Below the pieces are notes generated by a model. The model ran no database searches, had not been told where the DNA came from, and saw nothing but the letters and a program-made list of their open reading frames with translations. From the IMG/VR virus record IMGVR_UViG_3300044796_000656: 18,383 nucleotides of DNA. One strand, given 5' to 3'. The position numbers were made by a program, and so were the translations under genes. This DNA is from a virus. Lineage: Duplodnaviria > Heunggongvirae > Uroviricota > Caudoviricetes. Of this stretch, positions 14,668-18,383 are shown piece by piece (the stretch's first letter is position 1; the number at the start of each line of letters is the position of its first letter).

Positions 14668-15123
14668 GTCTTGGGCCTCAATGCGTTTCAACAGTTCATC
14701 TACCTCTTTATCATCCACGGCAATGTTCGGCATCATCTCATCGATCACCCATTTGATATGATCGCAGGCCTTCAATACAACGTACTGTTCTTTGGTTCCT
14801 GCCGTGAGATGGTTGGCCATAATGTCCAAGGCATTTCGGACTTCCTGGTTTAATACTTGTAAGACCTTGAGCCTTTTAGCAATTCCTTTGCGGGCATTGC
14901 TTTGTCCGGTTCTCAGATAAAAAACAATCCCGAACACTGAGAAGAAGATTATCGCGCAACTAATAACGAACCAGACAGTGTGATGGTTGTGCGCGATGAG
15001 GTGGAAGAATACTATTCGAAAAAGGGTAACGACAGCGCCGGAGGCGATCGACGTAACCCAGATTTCTGTCTGGGATAAAGGGCGAAGTACTTTACGACCA
15101 AACGAGTTTGGATTAGGTAACAT
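14650..15123 (-). CDS. Two-TM membrane protein with degenerate HisKA-like helix (H-box His replaced by Gln), no kinase domain
   Basis: SD AAGGGA; two hydrophobic segments; LQVLNQEVRNALDIM compared with H-box consensus LAHELRNPL; ends ~50 aa later. Confidence 0.7.
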   Translation of the reverse strand: MLPNPNSFGRKVLRPLSQTEIWVTSIASGAVVTLFRIVFFHLIAHNHHTVWFVISCAIIFFSVFGIVFYLRTGQSNARKGIAKRLKVLQVLNQEVRNALDIMANHLTAGTKEQYVVLKACDHIKWVIDEMMPNIAVDDKEVDELLKRIEAQDKKAGE

Positions 15124-15202
15124 TATTGTCCCTTATACAAGAACTCCGTATCAGGAAATAGATCAAGAAAGGGACTAGCAGAAGAGCCAACAGTAAATCA
15201 AC

Positions 15203-15373
15203 TTAGACGATTGTACCTGAATCAATAGTGCGAGGTTGCTGGTCGTTCGCATCCAGCTCGGCAACCGCGCTGTAGGTGAGTTGGAGAATTGATGCATCCG
15301 TTCCCTCGTAACTGGCTTCCAGGTGCTCGATCAGGCGTCTGAGTTTCGGGAGGCGTTCTCTCCAGGATTTCAT
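15203..15373 (-). CDS. 56-aa helical small protein, probably leaderless (not in ORF track)
   Basis: MKSWRERLPKLRRLIEHLEASYEGTDASILQLTYSAVAELDANDQQPRTIDSGTIV*; extended -10 lies 6 nt upstream of the ATG and there is no SD. Confidence 0.5.
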   Translation of the reverse strand: MKSWRERLPKLRRLIEHLEASYEGTDASILQLTYSAVAELDANDQQPRTIDSGTIV

Positions 15374-15379
15374 TCCCGC

Positions 15380-15388
15380 ATTCTACCA
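15380..15388 (-). promoter_or_regulatory. Extended -10 promoter (TGnTAGAAT), leftward
   Basis: TG-G-TAGAAT-gcggga-ATG on the minus strand. Confidence 0.5.
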
Positions 15389-15420
15389 CGGGATTAATCG
15401 CGTATTGTACCGTCGGGACC

Positions 15421-15449
15421 CTGCCAATAATCAAAGAATTACCTATGAT
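15421..15449 (+). promoter_or_regulatory. Putative sigma-70 promoter for xis-int
   Basis: CTGCCA-N17-TATGAT, followed by SD AGGAG and ATG 15467. Confidence 0.45.
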
Positions 15450-15466
15450 GCAACAGGAGAATTGAG

Positions 15467-15694
15467 ATGGGAACGATTCCTGTTGTACAGCAACAAACAC
15501 AGCCATTTGAACACTTCGTTGATACGGCGGTGGCCGCCAAGTTCATCGGCATTCAACCGCGGGCACTCCAGAACCTAGCCCGCGCCGGAACCGTGCCTGC
15601 CTATCCTCTCGGGGAAGGACCTCGGAAGACGTGGCGTTTTCTTCTGAGTGAAATATCTTCCTGGATGCACGACCGCGGGCGTAAGATCCAATAG
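15467..15694 (+). CDS. xis: Excisionase-like winged HTH (HTH_17/MerR-type recombination directionality factor)
   Basis: SD AGGAG; FVDTAVAAKFIGIQPRALQNLARAGTVPAYPLG...WRFLLSEISSWM; directly upstream of the integrase. Confidence 0.82.
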   Translation: MGTIPVVQQQTQPFEHFVDTAVAAKFIGIQPRALQNLARAGTVPAYPLGEGPRKTWRFLLSEISSWMHDRGRKIQ

Positions 15695-15722
15695 CCGCCA
15701 AGCGTCCTCGAAAGGGACAATC

Positions 15723-16958
15723 ATGGAGGTATCACGGCACCAACGAGGCAGTATTCGTCAAGAGCCTCGTAAGGACGGGAAGACGTGGTTTCTACGATTT
15801 CGGCGTACGCATGCGGACGGAAAACGCGTCGAGCACAAGATCCGGGTCGGCTTGGTTCGGGAACTCCCGAAGAAGGCCGATGTCTGGAAATCAATCGAGA
15901 AACAACGTCTGAACGTTACCATCAACAACGACGGAAACCCGACTGCTGGCCGAGTGCTGACATTCGGTGCGCTGGCCGCAAATTATGTGACCAACGAACT
16001 TTCAAAATGTCAGGACGACGTCACGATCGGCAAAGCCAATTCAACCAGCGTCACCTATCAACGGTATCTGAATCGATGGATCTTACCCAGATGGGAGAAA
16101 TCAGCGGCGCTGGCAATCGAGCCTCTCGAAGTCGAGCAGTGGTTGAAGTTTCTTCACAGCGAACATCAATTGGAGAACACGACGCTCGACAAAATACGCA
16201 ACGTAATGAAAGTGGTTTACAAGCACGGTCAGCGTTACGGGCTCATCCCTCGCGACGAATCGTCCAATCCAATCCAATTTGTCCGCTGCAAGACCACCAG
16301 CGATTACACTCCGGTAATCGTGAGCCCCGATCAGGCGTTCGACATCCTGCTCAACATGCGGGAACCGGAACGCACGTTGGCATTGACCGACGCAGCCACG
16401 GGCCTGCGGATCTCAGAGGTTGTGGCACTAACGTGGGAGGACGTGGACTTCGTCAATTCACTGATCTACGTCCGCCGGGCCTATGTGTACGGCCAGTTCG
16501 GGCCGCCGAAGTCAAAGGCTTCACGGGCACCGGTGCCCATGCACCCGTTGCTTGCGGCTTTTCTCCAAACGTGGCACGAACAGACACCGTACGCGAAGCC
16601 GACAGACTTCGTGTTCCCCAGCTTCAGGCTAAAGGGGAAGAAGCCGCGGACGGCCTGTATGCTAGTGAGAACCCATCTGCGGCCGGCAGCAGTCGCGGCC
16701 GGCGTACTGGAACCGGGGCAGAAGATTCGCTTCGGCTTTCACAACTTCAGGCACAGTCTGGCTTCGCAACTTGCACGTATGAAAGTCGAACCGAAGGTTA
16801 TTCAGGAAATGCTCCGGCATTCCAATCTGAAGACGACGTTCAAGTTTTACGTGCAGGCGCACGACGACGACAAACGCGAAGCTCAGGGGTCTTTTTTGAA
16901 GCTACTGCTGGGCGACAAGGCTTCGTTGCTCCAAGGAAAAACGGCCCACATCCAGTAA
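15723..16958 (+). CDS. int: Tyrosine recombinase / phage integrase (411 aa)
   Basis: Start ATG 15723 (SD AAGGGA). N-terminal arm-binding-like region. Catalytic R (TGLRISE), K (PKSK), HxxR (FHNFRH), H (LRHS) and Y (FKFY) are all present. Confidence 0.95.
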   Translation: MEVSRHQRGSIRQEPRKDGKTWFLRFRRTHADGKRVEHKIRVGLVRELPKKADVWKSIEKQRLNVTINNDGNPTAGRVLTFGALAANYVTNELSKCQDDVTIGKANSTSVTYQRYLNRWILPRWEKSAALAIEPLEVEQWLKFLHSEHQLENTTLDKIRNVMKVVYKHGQRYGLIPRDESSNPIQFVRCKTTSDYTPVIVSPDQAFDILLNMREPERTLALTDAATGLRISEVVALTWEDVDFVNSLIYVRRAYVYGQFGPPKSKASRAPVPMHPLLAAFLQTWHEQTPYAKPTDFVFPSFRLKGKKPRTACMLVRTHLRPAAVAAGVLEPGQKIRFGFHNFRHSLASQLARMKVEPKVIQEMLRHSNLKTTFKFYVQAHDDDKREAQGSFLKLLLGDKASLLQGKTAHIQ

Positions 16959-16971
16959 ATGTAGGCCGTGT

Positions 16972-16991
16972 GTGGACTGAAAGTGGACTGA
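16972..16991 (+). repeat. Tandem 9-bp direct repeats, putative integrase arm-type sites
   Basis: GTGGACTGA at 16972-16980 and 16983-16991 (11-bp period), between the int stop and the tRNA 3' end. Confidence 0.6.
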
Positions 16992-17026
16992 GTCAAATTA
17001 CGAATCCACTGTAAGTCCTTTAGAAC

Positions 17027-17103
17027 TGGCGGGGTGGACGGGACTCGAACCCGCGACCTCAGCCGTGACAGGGCTGCATTCTAACCAACTGAACTACCAC
17101 CCC
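17027..17103 (-). tRNA. trnD: tRNA-Asp (GTC), 77 nt, CCA encoded; integration target
   Basis: Acceptor stem GGGGTGG/CCACCCC plus GCCA; D-loop AGTTGGTTA; anticodon stem CAGCC/GGCTG with loop CT-GTC-AC; T-loop GGTTCGAGTCC. Confidence 0.97.
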
Positions 17104-17117
17104 TACTCGTCAATTTT

Positions 17118-17145
17118 ATTATACGGAAAGCGGCTCAGAATTCAA
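17118..17145 (-). promoter_or_regulatory. Sigma-70 promoter of tRNA-Asp
   Basis: TTGAAT-N16-TATAAT on the minus strand, with the -10 ending 14 nt upstream of the mature tRNA 5' end. Confidence 0.7.
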
Positions 17146-17321
17146 ACTGACGCACTACCCGGTGGTGGGTCAGTTTCAGGATGGGCGGAACGTGGGCCTC
17201 ATCGAACTTAGAGAAACTACCCCACGTTAGCCCAGTCACCCCAGCGAGCCGAGCCTCGCCGGGGGCCCCGACGCAGGCGAACGTGGGGCACCGTCGGAAA
17301 CTGAACCACTACTCACTACCC
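17141..17321. repeat. Nested palindromic repeat cluster (REP-like or MITE)
   Basis: 17-bp imperfect inverted repeats (17161-17177 / 17297-17313, 14/17) flanked by CACTACCC direct repeats (17153-17160, 17314-17321). An inner inverted pair lies at 17220-17232 / 17276-17288 (12/13). Confidence 0.65.
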
Positions 17322-17358
17322 GCGTGCTTGACTTACGCGATTTCCGCCGCTCGAGCGA

Positions 17359-17413
17359 TGCGGACGCAAACGAATACACTCATGTCCGAGTAACCATCAC
17401 ATTTGCGTCCGCA
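17359..17413. repeat. 12-bp perfect inverted repeat downstream of gltI
   Basis: TGCGGACGCAAA (17359-17370) and TTTGCGTCCGCA (17402-17413). Confidence 0.6.
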
Positions 17414-17444
17414 CTCACTTGTCCTGGCGCCGCGTGCACAGCGT

Positions 17445-18383
17445 TTATTGCAGCGCCTTATCGTTCGGGTGCTTGAAAGCCTCGGCCACCGCGGGAGTCA
17501 TTGGGAAGTCCATATTGAGCCCCTTGGGCGGTATCGGTGATTGCAGCCATTTCTTGTAGATGCGGTTTGCCTCGCTCGAAGTCAGGATTTTCGTGAAAAG
17601 CGAATCCACGAACTTCTTGAATTGGGGATCGTCCTTGCGCAACATGCAACCGTACGCTTCAAACGATTGAGGCGTGCCGACCACGACCCAGTCTTCGGGG
17701 TGTTTGGCGGTCATCCTGTCGCCATAGAGAAGAACGTCATCCATCATGAACGCCGCCGCGCGGCCCGTTTCCAGGGTCAGGAACGACTCCGCATGGTCTC
17801 TGGCGCTGATGATATTCATGCCCAGGTTTTTCTCGACGTTCATCTTGCGCAGCAGGACCTCCGAGGTCGAACCGGCGTTGGTGACCAGCGTCTTGCCTTT
17901 GAGGTCCGGGAAATCCTTGATCCCCGAGGTTTTCCTGGTCAACAGCCGCGTGCCGATCACGAAGATCGTGGTCGAGAAGGAGACCTGTTTCTGGCGCTCC
18001 AGGTTGTTGGTGGTCGAGCCGCATTCGAGATCGACTGTCCCGTTCTGCAGCAGGGTCATCCGGTTCTGCGGGGTGACGGGAATCATGTTCACCTTCAACC
18101 CCGGCATCTTGAGCTCGTGCTTGAGGGCGTCGACCACCTTGAATGCGTAGTCCTCGGAATAGCCGACGATGTTCTGTTGGTTGTCATAGTACGAAAACGG
18201 TATGGCCGACTCTCGGACGGCAAGGGTGATGGCGCCCGAATCCTTGATCTTCTTCAGCGTGCCGTTTAACGGCTCCTCGGCGGCTGCGGAAGTCATGAAA
18301 ACGGTGAGCACGATAGCTGCCGCGACAACCTGCGTCAACAACATCGTGATCCGTTGCGTGATGAGGCGATGACTACGGTTCAT
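17445..18383 (-). CDS. gltI: Glutamate/aspartate ABC transporter substrate-binding protein (host)
   Basis: Signal peptide, then TLKKIKDSGAITLAVRESAIPFSY, TPQNRMTLLQNGTVDLECGSTTNNLERQKQVSFS, GTSE-like GSTSE, FMMDDVLL, CMLRKDD and KHPNDKA. The exact start is at the window edge. Confidence 0.93.
   Translation of the reverse strand: MNRSHRLITQRITMLLTQVVAAAIVLTVFMTSAAAEEPLNGTLKKIKDSGAITLAVRESAIPFSYYDNQQNIVGYSEDYAFKVVDALKHELKMPGLKVNMIPVTPQNRMTLLQNGTVDLECGSTTNNLERQKQVSFSTTIFVIGTRLLTRKTSGIKDFPDLKGKTLVTNAGSTSEVLLRKMNVEKNLGMNIISARDHAESFLTLETGRAAAFMMDDVLLYGDRMTAKHPEDWVVVGTPQSFEAYGCMLRKDDPQFKKFVDSLFTKILTSSEANRIYKKWLQSPIPPKGLNMDFPMTPAVAEAFKHPNDKALQ

Larger units (their letters stand above)
1..17050. mobile_element. 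End of a large integrated element (probable temperate phage, possibly ICE-like) inserted at the 3' end of tRNA-Asp; extends beyond the left edge of the window
   Basis: xis-like HTH plus tyrosine integrase abut the tRNA 3' end. A unidirectional operon of phage-type replication/recombination genes with overlapping start/stop codons lies upstream. No duplicate tRNA 3' fragment was seen in the window, so the other att end is outside it. Confidence 0.85.

Noticed and set aside
15222-15506. 94-aa minus-strand ORF from the track
   Set aside because: It overlaps the xis start and both promoters; the 15203-15373 ORF in another frame has better signals and composition.
15112-15725. Shared AAGGGACAAT(A/C)ATG upstream of the 15123 (-) gene and int
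   Set aside because: Most simply a common SD-spacer pattern; too short to claim a shared regulatory site.
15785-17014. 409-aa same-strand alternative-frame ORF spanning the integrase
   Set aside because: R/S/G/A/P-rich with no motifs. This frame is depleted of stops when third codon positions are GC-rich. The integrase frame carries all catalytic residues.
17541-18269. 242-aa + strand ORF opposite gltI
   Set aside because: Antisense shadow of a clearly recognisable gltI.

Overview
Bases 1 to ~17,030 are one end of a large integrated phage-like element. Its excisionase-like HTH gene and tyrosine integrase converge on the 3' end of an intact tRNA-Asp(GTC) at 17027-17103 (- strand). Host DNA follows, with a REP/MITE-like repeat cluster and gltI. 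A tightly coupled + strand operon (2-13834) encodes a self-contained recombination/replication set: a Cas4/AddB-like nuclease, a probable UvsY-like mediator, a divergent RecA, an Hjc-like resolvase, a DnaG-DnaB primase-helicase fusion, a second apparently inactive Cas4-like protein and RuvC. The operon also holds many small hypothetical genes and an HNH endonuclease. It ends in an unusual sigma-70-family protein with a ~73-aa insertion inside region 2. The HNH and sigma genes are each preceded by a copy of the same 35-nt leader, a hairpin that buries the Shine-Dalgarno site, and the differences between the copies preserve pairing. Several small ORFs missing from the ORF track were read by hand. 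No virion genes and no second att copy are in the window. The integrase/HTH style, the HisKA-like cargo gene and the repeat motif suggest an Acidobacteriota host (inference only). All family assignments come from motif reading and recalled consensus sequences, not from database searches.
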